Shown: positions 40,465-51,183, numbered from the stretch's first letter. The stretch is 64,000 bases of DNA from Dehalococcoidia bacterium (GCA_011170375.1 DUEV01000014.1:25712-89711), one strand, 5' to 3'. Numbers and translations are program-made. Notes: generated from the letters alone by a model not told the origin.

Positions 40465-40722
40465 TCAGCCTACCAGTCCAAATATCCCCCCGATGATTAT
40501 CATGACCAGGCCAACGGCGATAGCTATCCAGCCGCCTGCTTTCAGGGCCCCGGGTTCGGCACGAAACGGCCAGCGATCAAAGAACTCGCGCAGGTCGGTG
40601 CGGGTGGTCAGGGCATCGTAATAGCTCTTCTCTTCACGTTTGCCCCAGATTACGGCGCCCAGACCGAGAAGGATAAACACCCCACCAAGAATCACTGGTA
40701 TCAGCCAACCGCTGGAAGTCAT
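40465..40722 (-). CDS. Small two-TM membrane protein
   Basis: GGAGGT RBS, two hydrophobic helices. Confidence 0.75.
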   Translation of the reverse strand: MTSSGWLIPVILGGVFILLGLGAVIWGKREEKSYYDALTTRTDLREFFDRWPFRAEPGALKAGGWIAIAVGLVMIIIGGIFGLVG

Positions 40723-40818
40723 AAATCTCACCTCCGGGAGGCTATTGAGGTAGGATAGCACACCTGAAGTGCACTCATCAACTAGGTCCGATATTAGTGT
40801 GCGACCCGAGATAAGGTC

Positions 40819-41325
40819 TTACTGCACCTCGACAGTAGCGCCAGCAGCTTCCAGTTTCTCTTTCATACTGGCAGCCTCGTCCTTGGTGACCCCTTCTCTC
40901 ACGTTTGTAGGGGCACTCTCCACCAGGTCTTTGGACTCTTTCAGACCGAGAGATGTCAGTTCCCGCACCGCTTTTATAACGTTAATCTTATTGGCTCCGA
41001 AGTCCTTGAGTACAATGGTGAAAGCGGTCTGTTCCTCGGCTTCTGCCGCAGGAGCACCCGCCTCAGCTGCGGCTCCCCCTGCCTGAGCAGCGACTGCTAC
41101 TGGAGCAGCGGCGCTAACACCGAATTCCTCCTCCAGAGCCTTAACCAGTTCAGACAACTCAAGAACGCTCATGCTCTTGATGGCATTCATTATGTCATCA
41201 AGAGATGAAGACTTCTTCGCCTTCTCGGCTTTGGCCGGCGCCTTAGCTTTGGTTGCCTTCGGTTTCTTTCCCTCAGCCTCTTCAGCCGTAGCTTCCTGTG
41301 TTACTTCTGTATTCTCTTCAGTCAT
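40819..41325 (-). CDS. rplL: 50S ribosomal protein L7/L12 with N-terminal extension
   Basis: [40 protein letters not shown]; ATG 41325 after GAAGGAG. Confidence 0.97.
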   Translation of the reverse strand: MTEENTEVTQEATAEEAEGKKPKATKAKAPAKAEKAKKSSSLDDIMNAIKSMSVLELSELVKALEEEFGVSAAAPVAVAAQAGGAAAEAGAPAAEAEEQTAFTIVLKDFGANKINVIKAVRELTSLGLKESKDLVESAPTNVREGVTKDEAASMKEKLEAAGATVEVQ

Positions 41326-41851
41326 TCTGTGCTCCTTCCAGTTGTTCAATTCTAGCCTGTAGTACCCCGGCAAGCCCACGCATCGGACCAGCGAGGACCC
41401 CCACTAATCTCCACAGCGGACTCTGCATCCCGCCAACAACCCTGCCCAGCAGAACCTCACGCGACGGTAACCAGGCAAGGCTATTAACCTCTTCGGCGGT
41501 AAGCATCCGCTCCGGCAGGAAGCCAGCCTTGATACTGGCCGTAGTCCCGGAGGTCCGAATGTAATCGGCCACTGCCCTGGCCATCTGGATGATTTCGCCA
41601 TAGCCAAAGGCTATCGCCACCGGCCCTTCAAAAGAAGCTGCCAGGTCCGGTCGCTCCACCCGTTCGGCAGCAAATCGTGCCAGGGTATTCTTGACAACCC
41701 TGTAAGAGCCGTCCGACTCCTGTACTTTGCGACGCAATGCCGTTATCTCGGAATTTGACAGCCCCCGATAGTCTGTCAGGATAGCGATGTTACAGTTGGA
41801 GAACTCGCTCTGCAAGGCATCAATAATCTTCGCCTTCTTATCTCTAGACAA
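41318..41851 (-). CDS. rplJ: 50S ribosomal protein L10
   Basis: DYRGL, VVKNTL, GPVAIAF, LPSREVL. Confidence 0.96.
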   Translation of the reverse strand: MSRDKKAKIIDALQSEFSNCNIAILTDYRGLSNSEITALRRKVQESDGSYRVVKNTLARFAAERVERPDLAASFEGPVAIAFGYGEIIQMARAVADYIRTSGTTASIKAGFLPERMLTAEEVNSLAWLPSREVLLGRVVGGMQSPLWRLVGVLAGPMRGLAGVLQARIEQLEGAQND

Positions 41852-41894
41852 ATGCTCCCACCTCCTTACATCCTGTTAAACCGAATACCTATTC

Positions 41895-42036
41895 AAAAAA
41901 GTCCTCGTGCCCGCTGCACGAGGACTTATCATTTCAAACCCAGGGCAGTCGCTACCATTAGCAATGGCAAGCTACTACCACGCATTTTCCTCGGCAGGCA
42001 AGCTTTAAGCCACAACCGGCACCCGCTGTCTCAGGA
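41895..42036 (-). ncRNA. L10 leader with attenuator hairpin
   Basis: CCTGAGACAGCGGGTG...CTTAAAG...CCTGCCGAGG, then AAGTCCTCGTGC...GCACGAGGACTTTTTT upstream of rplJ. Confidence 0.8.
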
Positions 42037-42135
42037 TATTTAATTGTTATTTAATGATGCTGGGTAGGGGGTTGGCACCCAGCCTGAACCTGGCACCAGC
42101 CCCCATATTAACTAGATAGTATCAGGGGTAACTTA

Positions 42136-43365
42136 CTATACCCCTTCCAGCCCAACGATACCTACGAAAATAGCACAACCAGCCGGACCACCACCCAAGT
42201 TATGTGTCAGCCCCAGCTTGGGGTTCTTTATTTGCCGTGAAGGCTGTCCCGGATTCAGCATATCGTCTGCTTTGCCCTGGAGCTGCTTGTACATCTCGTA
42301 GAGCATCCGGATGCCACTGGCACCAATTGGATGCCCGAAGCACTTCAGACCGCCATCCGGTTGCACCGGCAGGCCACCATCTAGGTCGAAGAAGCCATCC
42401 TCAATATCCCGCTGGACCTTTCCCCGCTCGCTAAACCTGAGGTCTTCCATAGTGACCGCCTCGGTGATGGAGAAACAGTCATGGACCTCGGCCATGCTGA
42501 TTTGCTCGCGTGGATTGGTTATCCCAGCTTCTTTGTAGGCTGCCTCCCCGGCCCTAACAGTAGCCTCAACATGCATGTAGTCGAACTTCGTGTTAAGGTT
42601 GCCGTCATTGGGTGCCATGGCAATCTGCAGCGCCTTAGCAAACATGGGCGGCTCTTTGCCCTTGCGCAAGTTCTTGGCAATCTCCGGTGTCGTGATAATC
42701 GCCGCTGCCGCACCGTCACTGACACCACAACAGTCGTACAGACCCAAAGGCCAGGCAACCATCGGCGCATTGAGAATTGCATCCATGGTGACTTCTCTCT
42801 GGAAGTGCGCCTTCTTGTGCCGCTGACCATTGGCATGGCTCTTCCACGATACCCGGCCTATCATGTGCTTGCCTTCCTCGTAGCTGAGACCATAATGGTC
42901 AAAATAGGTCGTGGCCAGCATAGCAAATGACGCCGGTGGCGGGCCCTGTGCCGCTGCCATCAGACCATGACCAGGGCCAGGTATCGAGCCATCGGTCAGG
43001 CCGCTGAGACCACTGTCCTTGTACTTGTCGCAACCAATAGCCAGCACGATGTCATATACACCAGCAGCCACAGCATAGCTGGCATTGCGGAATGCGTCTG
43101 AAGCTGTAGCACAGGCATTCTCGACTCTGGTAATAGGAATATACTGGAGTCGTAGAGGCTCAGATATTGTCATACCGGTGCCACCGGTTGCAGTACCTAC
43201 CCAAGCAGCCTGGATATCCTCCGGCCCTATTCCGGCATCCTCAAAGGCCTCATAGGCAGCCTCCACAATCAGGTCATCGACACTGGCATCCCAGCGTTCT
43301 CCGAACCTGGTGCACCCCATGCCAGCAACAGCCACCCTATCCTTAATACTTCCTGCCATCTTCAT
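42136..43365 (-). CDS. Thiolase-like acetyl-CoA acetyltransferase (SCP2/archaeal/PhlC type)
   Basis: RVENACAT, DCCGVSDGAAA, AEVHDCF, GHPIGASG, HNLGG. Confidence 0.9.
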   Translation of the reverse strand: MKMAGSIKDRVAVAGMGCTRFGERWDASVDDLIVEAAYEAFEDAGIGPEDIQAAWVGTATGGTGMTISEPLRLQYIPITRVENACATASDAFRNASYAVAAGVYDIVLAIGCDKYKDSGLSGLTDGSIPGPGHGLMAAAQGPPPASFAMLATTYFDHYGLSYEEGKHMIGRVSWKSHANGQRHKKAHFQREVTMDAILNAPMVAWPLGLYDCCGVSDGAAAAIITTPEIAKNLRKGKEPPMFAKALQIAMAPNDGNLNTKFDYMHVEATVRAGEAAYKEAGITNPREQISMAEVHDCFSITEAVTMEDLRFSERGKVQRDIEDGFFDLDGGLPVQPDGGLKCFGHPIGASGIRMLYEMYKQLQGKADDMLNPGQPSRQIKNPKLGLTHNLGGGPAGCAIFVGIVGLEGV

Positions 43366-43403
43366 TACCTCCCTGATTATCTATTCTGCCAGTTAATTAT
43401 ATT

Positions 43404-44831
43404 CTACTCCCTAACCGGTTTTATTTTCCAGAAGTAGCTCTTAGCATTATCTGCGGTCCTTGTCATTCTGAAGGTCATCTCGACATCCATACCCACTTTG
43501 CACTCTTCGGGGTCACGGTCGACCAAGTCGAAAAGACCTCTACCGCCTCCTTCGAAGTTAACCACAGCTCGTGTCATCGGTGGATTGATACCGCCACCGA
43601 GAAAATCGTGACTGAAGGTAACAACCTTACCTGTTTTATCGGAGAAACGATAGGGCTCGAAGTTGTCCTTTGCCTGGCACTCAAGACAGACATGAGCACG
43701 CATTGAGGAGCCCCTCATATATAGTTGTACAGTGCCACAGTTCCGGCACTTCACGCCATAGAGAGCCAGGCCGAGTTTACGCTCTCTCCACTCCGCCGAC
43801 ATGGATATGCCGCCGCGAGCACGTACCTGAGTCGGTACGATATCACGCCAGCGCATGTACTTTCCATAGTTATCTAGTGTTCCTTTAATAGCCAGATGGC
43901 GTTTGATAGCCCTTCTGTCCTTGATTTTCTCAATCTGGTCAGTTATTTTCAGCACAACGGCATCACAGCCGGTACCCCAAGAGACCATCAGGAACCTCTC
44001 GCCTGGCTTGGCATCTTCCAGCGCCGAAATCAGCATCATCAGCGGCTGTGCTACCCCCGTATTACCCACGTTATCGAGAAGTGGGTCTTGCACCTGCTCG
44101 GGTGCGAATCCCATTCTCCTGGCCAGGCCGCCCTGTGCCCTGGCATTGGCACCAGCGATACAGGCCTTGCTGATGTCCTGGGGTGTCAGGTTCAGTTTTT
44201 CCATGAGTTTCTTGACCACTTCAGCGGGTATCTGGCTGTAACCGGCATCACGGCCAAAACGGTCCTCCCAGGAGCGAATGAACTCATCACCATCCATTCT
44301 CCAGTAATCTGCTAAATCGTCCGAGTAGGTAACACTACCTTCAATCTCAACCGCTACTGCGTCATTTCCCACCAGGAAGGCAGCAGCACCATCACCCAGA
44401 GCCTGTTCATGCTCCCCCCCAGGAGTTCCCATACGCAGGTCAGAAGCGGTAACTAGGATATTTCCGAGCGAACCTGCGTTCACCGCATCCACAGCTGCCA
44501 TGAGGGCACTGACACCTGCCCTGAGTGAATTACCAAAATCAGCATTCCGCACATCACGGCGAAAGTCAAGGGCATTTGAAACTATGTTTGAGCCCAACCG
44601 CTCGAGATAGGGAGGAGTAGTAGTTGCCAGGTAGACAGCATCAACGGCCTGCGGGTCAGTACCTTTCAGGCAGTCGATACCAGCAGACACCGACATACTG
44701 ACAGCGTCTTCATCATAACCGGCTATGGCCAATTCACCACGTCCACCACCACGCCCCCAAGCGGCCGAGATAACACTTCGGGGCATCCTGTAATACGGAA
44801 TGTAAGCTCCATAAGATTTAATACCTGCCAT
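43404..44831 (-). CDS. HMG-CoA synthase-like domain fused to a DUF35 (Zn ribbon + OB fold) domain
   Basis: YGAYIPYYR, DEDAVSM, GDGAAA, VGNTG; C-terminal CRNC...CLEC, G.VVTF, V.MTFR; no catalytic Cys (SLRAG). Confidence 0.88.
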   Translation of the reverse strand: MAGIKSYGAYIPYYRMPRSVISAAWGRGGGRGELAIAGYDEDAVSMSVSAGIDCLKGTDPQAVDAVYLATTTPPYLERLGSNIVSNALDFRRDVRNADFGNSLRAGVSALMAAVDAVNAGSLGNILVTASDLRMGTPGGEHEQALGDGAAAFLVGNDAVAVEIEGSVTYSDDLADYWRMDGDEFIRSWEDRFGRDAGYSQIPAEVVKKLMEKLNLTPQDISKACIAGANARAQGGLARRMGFAPEQVQDPLLDNVGNTGVAQPLMMLISALEDAKPGERFLMVSWGTGCDAVVLKITDQIEKIKDRRAIKRHLAIKGTLDNYGKYMRWRDIVPTQVRARGGISMSAEWRERKLGLALYGVKCRNCGTVQLYMRGSSMRAHVCLECQAKDNFEPYRFSDKTGKVVTFSHDFLGGGINPPMTRAVVNFEGGGRGLFDLVDRDPEECKVGMDVEMTFRMTRTADNAKSYFWKIKPVRE

Positions 44832-44920
44832 TTTTCCTCCTTAAGATAGTACTACCATCCAGACTACAACGCAGCTATCATTTAGCATAAATAACATTTT
44901 ACTTTCCGGCATTAAATATA

Positions 44921-45634
44921 TCAAGCGGAGGCAAGCGCAAGGGTCGACCTGAGGTCAAGCCTGATACCGGGCCCCATGGTTGTGGTAATAAAAGCTGACC
45001 TGACATACTGCCCTTTAGCGCCACTGGGCTTCGCCTTCATAACTGCATCAATTATTGCCGATAGGTTCTCTACCAGTTTTTCTTTGTCGAAGCTAACTTT
45101 ACCCAGAGGCAGATGGATGATAGCCGTCCGGTCCAGCTTGAACTCCACCCTACCCTTACGAGCGTCCTCAATCACTCTGGGCAGATCCTCCGTCGGTACA
45201 ACTGTGCCGGACTTGGGATTGGGCATCAGCCCTCTTCTCCCCAGTACCCGACCAAGCCTCCCCACTTTACTCATCATATCGGGGGTAGCAATAGCAGTAT
45301 CAAACTCGACCCAACCCTCCTCTATCTTCTTCGCTAGTTCATCAGCACCGACATAATCCGCTCCGGCGTTCTCAGCGTTCCTGGCAGCTTCACCTTGAGC
45401 AAAGACCAGGACACGCACTGATTTGCCAAGACCATGCGGTAGAAGGGCGACACCACGAACCTGCTGACTAGCATTACGAGGGTCAAGTCCCATCCGAAGA
45501 TGAAGCTCGACGGTCTCATCAAATTGGGCGGATGCCGCCTGCTTGGCAAGGTCAACAGCCTCCTCGGGTGAGTAGGCCTTCATTCTATCAACCTGCTGGC
45601 ATGCTCCCAGGTATCTCTTCCCGTGCTTCGTCAT
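44921..45634 (-). CDS. rplA: 50S ribosomal protein L1
   Basis: [34 protein letters not shown]. Confidence 0.98.
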   Translation of the reverse strand: MTKHGKRYLGACQQVDRMKAYSPEEAVDLAKQAASAQFDETVELHLRMGLDPRNASQQVRGVALLPHGLGKSVRVLVFAQGEAARNAENAGADYVGADELAKKIEEGWVEFDTAIATPDMMSKVGRLGRVLGRRGLMPNPKSGTVVPTEDLPRVIEDARKGRVEFKLDRTAIIHLPLGKVSFDKEKLVENLSAIIDAVMKAKPSGAKGQYVRSAFITTTMGPGIRLDLRSTLALASA

Positions 45635-46059
45635 TCCTGTTCTATCTCAATCCCCATACTTCGTGCCGTGCCGGCAACAATTCGCTCGGCAGCCTCGATA
45701 CTGGTAGCGTTTAAATCCTTGGCCTTTAATTCAGCTATCTCACGCAGCTTCTCTTGCGATAGCTTGGTGAGTTGCTCGCGCCCGGCAGCACCAGACCCCT
45801 TCTCTACTCCAAGAGCCTTCTTCAACAGGTCGGTAGTCGGTGGTGTCTTGGTGACGAATGTGAATGACCCGTCTTTATAGGCAGTTATCTCCACCGGGAC
45901 AATAGACCCTGCTTGGGACGCAGTACGTTCGTTGTACTCCTTGCAAAAGCCCATAATGTTAACCCCGTGCTGACCAAGGGCCGGCCCAACCGGTGGTGCC
46001 GGGTTCGCCTTACCAGCTTCAATCTGGAGCTTAATTATAGCTTTAACTTCCTTTGCCAC
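45631..46059 (-). CDS. rplK: 50S ribosomal protein L11
   Basis: [25 protein letters not shown]. Confidence 0.98.
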   Translation of the reverse strand: MAKEVKAIIKLQIEAGKANPAPPVGPALGQHGVNIMGFCKEYNERTASQAGSIVPVEITAYKDGSFTFVTKTPPTTDLLKKALGVEKGSGAAGREQLTKLSQEKLREIAELKAKDLNATSIEAAERIVAGTARSMGIEIEQE

Positions 46060-46080
46060 CCTGCCTCCAATCTTAGATAG

Positions 46081-46626
46081 CTAGAGCTTCTCCACCTGGA
46101 GAAAATCGAGTTCTACCGGCGTTTCACGTCCAAAAAGGGACAGAAGCACCTTGACCTTACCTTTTTCGGTCCCGATTTCATCCACGATGCCAACGAAATC
46201 GGTAAAGGGTCCGTCCGTTACCCGGACACTCTGCCCCGGCCGAAAACCGACCTTCACCTTGGGTGTTTCGGCACGCATCTGTTTCAGAATCTTCTCCGTT
46301 TCCTCTTCAGAGAGCGGCACTGGTTTACCCCCGCTCCCGACGAAACCGGTAACCCCAGGGGTATTACGGACAATATTCCAGCTTTGGTCAGACATGACCA
46401 TCTCGACAAGGATATACCCCGGCAGTATCTTCCTGGATATAGTGCGCCTTTGCCCACCCCGGATCTCCACCTCATCCTCTGTGGGTATTATGACCTGGGC
46501 AACCTCACCTTCGGCATCCATAAATTTGACCCGCTGTTCCAAATTCTTTTTAACCCGCTCCTCATATCCGGAGTAGGTATGAATTACGAACCAGTCCTTC
46601 CCGTTATCGCTCACACGCACCCTCAC
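46081..46626 (-). CDS. nusG: Transcription factor NusG
   Basis: WFVIHTYSGYE, PGYILVEM, TPGVTGFVG, KOW motif, FGRETPVEL. Confidence 0.98.
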   Translation of the reverse strand: MRVRVSDNGKDWFVIHTYSGYEERVKKNLEQRVKFMDAEGEVAQVIIPTEDEVEIRGGQRRTISRKILPGYILVEMVMSDQSWNIVRNTPGVTGFVGSGGKPVPLSEEETEKILKQMRAETPKVKVGFRPGQSVRVTDGPFTDFVGIVDEIGTEKGKVKVLLSLFGRETPVELDFLQVEKL

Positions 46627-46674
46627 TCAGATGAAGACCCGGAAAATCAAGCGCACCTCTTAGTCATGGCGCCC

Positions 46675-46920
46675 TTAACCACCCAGGAGAAGTTTATTAA
46701 CCAGACTACTGAAGCCGAGGTCAATCAGCCCCAGAATAACACCCATGCTGATAGCAACCAGCAAAACAAGCCCAGTGAGATAGGCGGCCTCCCGCCTGGT
46801 TAACCAGGTCACCTTCCTCATTTCGGCGATGGTGTCAGTGATAAACCTAAATCTAGAAGGACGCCTAGCGGGAGCGGCAGGACGTTTCGTAGAAGTGCTT
46901 GAACGTTTGGCAGATGGCAT
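46675..46920 (-). CDS. secE: Preprotein translocase SecE
   Basis: EMRKVTW plus one TM; between rpmG and nusG. Confidence 0.93.
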   Translation of the reverse strand: MPSAKRSSTSTKRPAAPARRPSRFRFITDTIAEMRKVTWLTRREAAYLTGLVLLVAISMGVILGLIDLGFSSLVNKLLLGG

Positions 46921-46935
46921 AGCTTTCGCCTCTAG

Positions 46936-47103
46936 CTACCTCACTTCGCGGTGAAGGGTATGCACACGACAGCGTGGGCAATATTTCTTTAATTCCAGCC
47001 GCTGTGAATCATTCCTTCGGTTCTTTGTGGTCGTATATGTCCTCTCCTTGCACTCCGGACAGGCAAGGTGGATGATAACTCTAGCCTCAGTCTTTCTGGC
47101 CAT
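46936..47103 (-). CDS. rpmG: 50S ribosomal protein L33 (Zn-binding type; not in ORF track)
   Basis: [55 protein letters not shown]. Confidence 0.96.
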   Translation of the reverse strand: MARKTEARVIIHLACPECKERTYTTTKNRRNDSQRLELKKYCPRCRVHTLHREVR

Positions 47104-47104
47104 T

Positions 47105-48313
47105 TTATTCGAGAATCTTGGTAAAGGTACCAGCCCCTACCGTCCGACCTCCCTCACGAATCGCGAAACGTAATCCTGTCTCCAGAGCCACCGGGTAAAT
47201 GAGTTTTATCTTCATAGTCACATTGTCACCGGGCATAACCATCTCCGCACCCTCTGGCAGCTCAATAGAGCCGGTAACATCCGTGGTCCTTATGTAGAAC
47301 TGAGGCCGGTAGCCGTTAAAGAAGGGGGTATGCCGCCCTCCTTCGTCCTTGCTCAGGACATATACCTGCCCCTCAGCATAGGTGTGGGGTTTGATAGTAC
47401 CCGGCGCTGCCAGTACCTGTCCCCGCTCGATATCGGTACGCTCAACCCCCCTGAGGAGAGCCCCGATAGCATCACCCGGCTCGGCTTCATCAAGCGTTTT
47501 GTGGAACATCTCGAGTCCGGTTACCACCACCTTACGTGGCTCGTGATGCAGACCGACGATTTCGACTTCCTGGCCAACCTTGATAACACCCCTCTCAACC
47601 CTCCCCGTAGGTACGGTACCACGACCCTTGATGCTGAACACGTCCTCTACCTGCATTAAGAAGGGTTGGTCTTTAGGTCTTACGGGCGTCGGAATGTATT
47701 CATCCACCTCGTCCATCAGCTTCAAAATGGGCCCACACCATTCACACTCAGGCTTACCACAGCCACACTCCAACGCCTTGAGGGCACTCACTCTTACTAC
47801 CGGTATCTCATCACCAGGGAAGTTATATTTAGTGAGCAATTCCCGGAGCTCCATTTCTACCAGTTCTAAGAGCTCCTCATCGTCCATCATGTCTACCTTG
47901 TTAAGAGCGACGACAATGCGTGGGACTTCCACCTGGCGCGCAAGCAGGATGTGCTCACGGGTCTGGGGCATCGGACCATCCGGGGCGCTGACCACCAGAA
48001 TCGCCCCGTCCATCTGAGCGGCACCGGTGATCATGTTTTTGATGAAGTCGGCATGCCCGGGACAGTCAATATGAGCATAATGCCGCTTAGCTGTCTCATA
48101 CTCAATATGAGCAATCGCAATCGTCAGCCCACGGGCCTTCTCTTCCGGAGCATTATCGATGCTATCGAAGGAGCGGAAGCCAGTAGCTCCAACACCGGCT
48201 TTGGAGAGCACCAGCGTTATTGCCGAAGTGAGCGTTGTCTTGCCGTGATCGACGTGACCAATTGTGCCTACATTGCAATGCGGCTTAGTCCTCTCAAACT
48301 TCTGTTTTGCCAT
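47105..48313 (-). CDS. tuf: Elongation factor Tu
   Basis: [28 protein letters not shown]. Confidence 0.99.
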   Translation of the reverse strand: MAKQKFERTKPHCNVGTIGHVDHGKTTLTSAITLVLSKAGVGATGFRSFDSIDNAPEEKARGLTIAIAHIEYETAKRHYAHIDCPGHADFIKNMITGAAQMDGAILVVSAPDGPMPQTREHILLARQVEVPRIVVALNKVDMMDDEELLELVEMELRELLTKYNFPGDEIPVVRVSALKALECGCGKPECEWCGPILKLMDEVDEYIPTPVRPKDQPFLMQVEDVFSIKGRGTVPTGRVERGVIKVGQEVEIVGLHHEPRKVVVTGLEMFHKTLDEAEPGDAIGALLRGVERTDIERGQVLAAPGTIKPHTYAEGQVYVLSKDEGGRHTPFFNGYRPQFYIRTTDVTGSIELPEGAEMVMPGDNVTMKIKLIYPVALETGLRFAIREGGRTVGAGTFTKILE

Positions 48314-48335
48314 TAAAGACCCCCTTCTTTGTCCA

Positions 48336-48408
48336 AGCCCACAACCAGATTCGAACTGGTGACCTTACCCTTACCAAGGGTATGCTCTTCCTACTGAGCT
48401 ATGTGGGC
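48336..48408 (-). tRNA. tRNA-Thr(GGT)
   Basis: GCCCACATAGCTCAG...CCCTTGGTAAGGG...GTTCGAAT...GTGGGC cloverleaf. Confidence 0.95.
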
Positions 48409-48452
48409 GCCGGTTCTATTTATTATACAGAATTATACACTACAGTCCAAGT

Positions 48453-48539
48453 TGGTGGAGGGGGCAGGATTCGAACCTGCGTAGCCCTAAGGGCGACAGA
48501 TTTACAGTCTGCTCCGATTAACCACTCCGGCACCCCTCC
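48453..48539 (-). tRNA. tRNA-Tyr(GTA)
   Basis: GGAGGGGTGCCGGAGTGG...CTGTAAA, long variable arm, encoded CCA. Confidence 0.96.
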
Positions 48540-48565
48540 ACGTATCACCACTACACACCACACCC

Positions 48566-48639
48566 AGCCTGAGGAGGGATTCGAACCCACGACCTGCTGT
48601 TTACAAGACAGCTGCTCTAACCAACTGAGCTACTCAGGC
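48566..48639 (-). tRNA. tRNA-Thr(TGT)
   Basis: GCCTGAGTAGCTCAGTTGG...GCTGTCTTGTAAACAGC...GGTTCGAATCC. Confidence 0.95.
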
Positions 48640-48713
48640 ATCAATATTACAGCGCTAACCACTGACCTCCAAACTTGCGTATTATAGAAATGTACCCAAT
48701 AAAAAGTCAAGTA

Positions 48714-48789
48714 TGGTAGCGCATACCGGATTCGAACCGGTGATCTCCTCCTTGAGAGGGAGGTGTCCTAACCGCTAGACGAATGCGCC
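48714..48789 (-). tRNA. tRNA-Glu(CTC)
   Basis: GGCGCATTCGTCTAGCGG...CCTCCCTCTCAAGGAGG...GGTTCGAATCC...ACCA. Confidence 0.95.
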
Positions 48790-49027
48790 ACAAATACCCA
48801 GTTCCTAAATCAAAATAGCCCGCAACTCAGGACACCTATCAACCTTTTACGACCCGCCCCCGCCCCGAAGCTGCGTGAGCTACTCAGGAAATCAGTGATT
48901 TAATAATTCCCAGTTAACGGCTATTATACCAGTGGAAGCCATGGCAAGACAAGGTTCAAGTTCAATAACGGGAACTTTACCTGACAGGTCCTGAGTTTAC
49001 AGCAGCTTCTATTGTCAAAATGAGTCC

Positions 49028-50494
49028 CTAATTCGGTACTCTCAGTATTACAGTGGTGCCTTTGCCAGGCTCTGACTGCACAATCAGTGTACCCTCAACA
49101 AGGCGCGCCCTTTCCCTCATGCCTACTATGCCCAGTTTACCAGACTGAACGAGTTCACTAGTCCTCTGCGGGATATTGAAGCCACGACCATCATCACTAA
49201 TAATCAGTGTCAATGCTGCATCGTCAATGTCTATGCTCATGCTGACCGCCGATGCGTTGGAATGTCTCCTGACGTTGTTGATGACTTCCTGCGCAACTCG
49301 GAAAATAATCAGCTCCTTCTCCGGCGCAAGGCGGCGCTGTTCTCCGTTGATATTCATAGTGGTAGTAATTCTGTGCTGTCCCTCCAGATCACTCAGCAGC
49401 CACTCCAAGGCTGGGACCAATCCCAGATCATCCAGTATCGAAGGCCTGAGGTCCTGACTAAAACGACGTACTTCTTCCAATGCAGAATCAGCTACTACAC
49501 GTAACTTTTGCAAACGCTCTGCCAGAGCTTGCGGTAGCTCGCTTTCGCCAGCCGAAAGCGAAGCAATGTCACGAGATAAACCGGCCAGCATCTGGGCTGT
49601 CTCATCGTGGAGTTCCCGTGAGATGCGTAAACGCTCATCCTCCTGTGCCCGGGTCACCTGGGTGATGTAGTACTCCATATTCTTGCGGAGGCGTATTTCC
49701 TCAGTCACATCCAGTGCTATTACCTGGAGGCCAACTATCTGGTCACCACTGAGCAGGGGATTTACAGCCAATCTAACATATGCTTCAGCGCCATCCTTCT
49801 TGATCAGACGAAGCTCTTCGGTGCTGCTTACGGTACGGCCTCCCAATCCTTCAGAGAGGATTTCCCTGACTATCTCCGTGTCGAAATTCGAGAAGAGCCC
49901 GTATATAGGGGTATTCATCAGACTTTCCTGGGTACGCCCGGTAAGTAGCTCACATGTCTTGTTTAAGGAAATTATCTCTCCGGTGGTAGAGCAGACAAAT
50001 ATTGCCTCGCCGGCGCTCTCAAATAGGCCCCGGTAACGTTCCTCAGTAAGTTGCAGTTGTTGTTGCTGCTCTCGAACGGTGTCCAATGACCGTATTAGCT
50101 CCTGCTGCGCGTCTTCCAGGCGGTGTACTGCTCGCTGCTGTCGGTCAATCAACCAGCTCACGAGAAGTCCCATGGCCAGAAAGGCGATTGTTTCGGCTAT
50201 TGCTTCTGGCCTTTGAGTGGAGATAAAGAGGGCTCGGGGCAGGAGTCCAAGACTCACCACGGTAGCGATAATAACACCGCCGCGTAGCCGGAAGATGAAG
50301 GCTGCGTATGCCACCGGGATGATTGACAGGATACGATGTGTTGAATAGCGTGCTAGCTGTATCGGAGCGTCTGTAACAATATCCTGGAGTACCGGAATAT
50401 GGTCAGCGTAATAGATAACTGCCCCAATAACCATAATGACGAGTATGATCCAGAGATGGGGTGTTTTTAAGGTCTGCTTGATTTCAACCTTCAC
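49028..50494 (-). CDS. Membrane PAS sensor histidine kinase (HisKA_3)
   Basis: N-terminal TMs, PAS domain, ERLRISRELHD, DLRPSILDDLGL, DDGRGF, GIVGMRERA. Confidence 0.93.
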   Translation of the reverse strand: MKVEIKQTLKTPHLWIILVIMVIGAVIYYADHIPVLQDIVTDAPIQLARYSTHRILSIIPVAYAAFIFRLRGGVIIATVVSLGLLPRALFISTQRPEAIAETIAFLAMGLLVSWLIDRQQRAVHRLEDAQQELIRSLDTVREQQQQLQLTEERYRGLFESAGEAIFVCSTTGEIISLNKTCELLTGRTQESLMNTPIYGLFSNFDTEIVREILSEGLGGRTVSSTEELRLIKKDGAEAYVRLAVNPLLSGDQIVGLQVIALDVTEEIRLRKNMEYYITQVTRAQEDERLRISRELHDETAQMLAGLSRDIASLSAGESELPQALAERLQKLRVVADSALEEVRRFSQDLRPSILDDLGLVPALEWLLSDLEGQHRITTTMNINGEQRRLAPEKELIIFRVAQEVINNVRRHSNASAVSMSIDIDDAALTLIISDDGRGFNIPQRTSELVQSGKLGIVGMRERARLVEGTLIVQSEPGKGTTVILRVPN

Positions 50495-50517
50495 CTAGGG
50501 CCCCCACATGCCGCTTT

Positions 50518-51183
50518 CTAAGTGATATCATCAGAGGTAAGCCAGCCCCTTCCAAAGGCCTGTATGGTTGCTTCGGTTCTGGAACCCACATTCATCTTCC
50601 GAAATATATTGGCTAGGTGAGACTGCACTGTTCGGCGGCTCAGATAGAGCTTGTCGGCAATATCTTGGTTATTCATACCCGTGGCCGCTAGTCTCAGTAT
50701 CTCCATCTCCCGCTTGCTAAGGTCACTTGGTTGAGGTACTACCTCAGTTGCTGGTTTCAAATTAGCAATGCGGCTAAAGACCTTTTGTGCAATGGACGGG
50801 TGGAGTACGGCTTCACCATCGTGGACGGCACGAATGGCATTGGCAAGCTCTTTACCGCTGACGTTCTTGAGTAGATATCCAGCAGCTCCAGCCTCAAGCA
50901 AGGTAAACACGTACTGGTCATCATCATAGGCGGTAAGGATAAGAATTGCGGTTGCCGGACAACTTGCTTTAACCTGTTTCGTCGCCTCGATGCCATTGAC
51001 TTTAGGCATGGCGATATCGATCAGGGCAACGTGGGGGGAGAGCTGAGTGACCAGCTTGACCGCCTCCTCACCATCACTGGCTTCCCCGATGACCTCCATG
51101 TCAGGTTCTTGCTCTATCAGATTGCGGGTCCCTTCACGAAACAGAACATGGTCGTCAGCAATAATTACCTTTATCTTACTCAT
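50518..51183 (-). CDS. NarL/LuxR-family response regulator
   Basis: IADDH, DIAMP, GYLLK, LSKRE, TVQSHL. Confidence 0.95.
   Translation of the reverse strand: MSKIKVIIADDHVLFREGTRNLIEQEPDMEVIGEASDGEEAVKLVTQLSPHVALIDIAMPKVNGIEATKQVKASCPATAILILTAYDDDQYVFTLLEAGAAGYLLKNVSGKELANAIRAVHDGEAVLHPSIAQKVFSRIANLKPATEVVPQPSDLSKREMEILRLAATGMNNQDIADKLYLSRRTVQSHLANIFRKMNVGSRTEATIQAFGRGWLTSDDIT

Noticed and set aside
42136-44831. Mevalonate pathway
   Set aside because: The HMGS-like domain lacks the catalytic Cys and no HMG-CoA reductase or mevalonate kinase is in the window
48336-49027. tRNA cluster as integration site for the 49-58 kb module; 13-nt match CCTGAGTAGCTCA to the tRNA-Thr(TGT) 5' end near 48876-48888
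   Set aside because: No integrase, no duplicated tRNA 3' end, the module lies on the 5' side, and the short match does not extend to a cloverleaf
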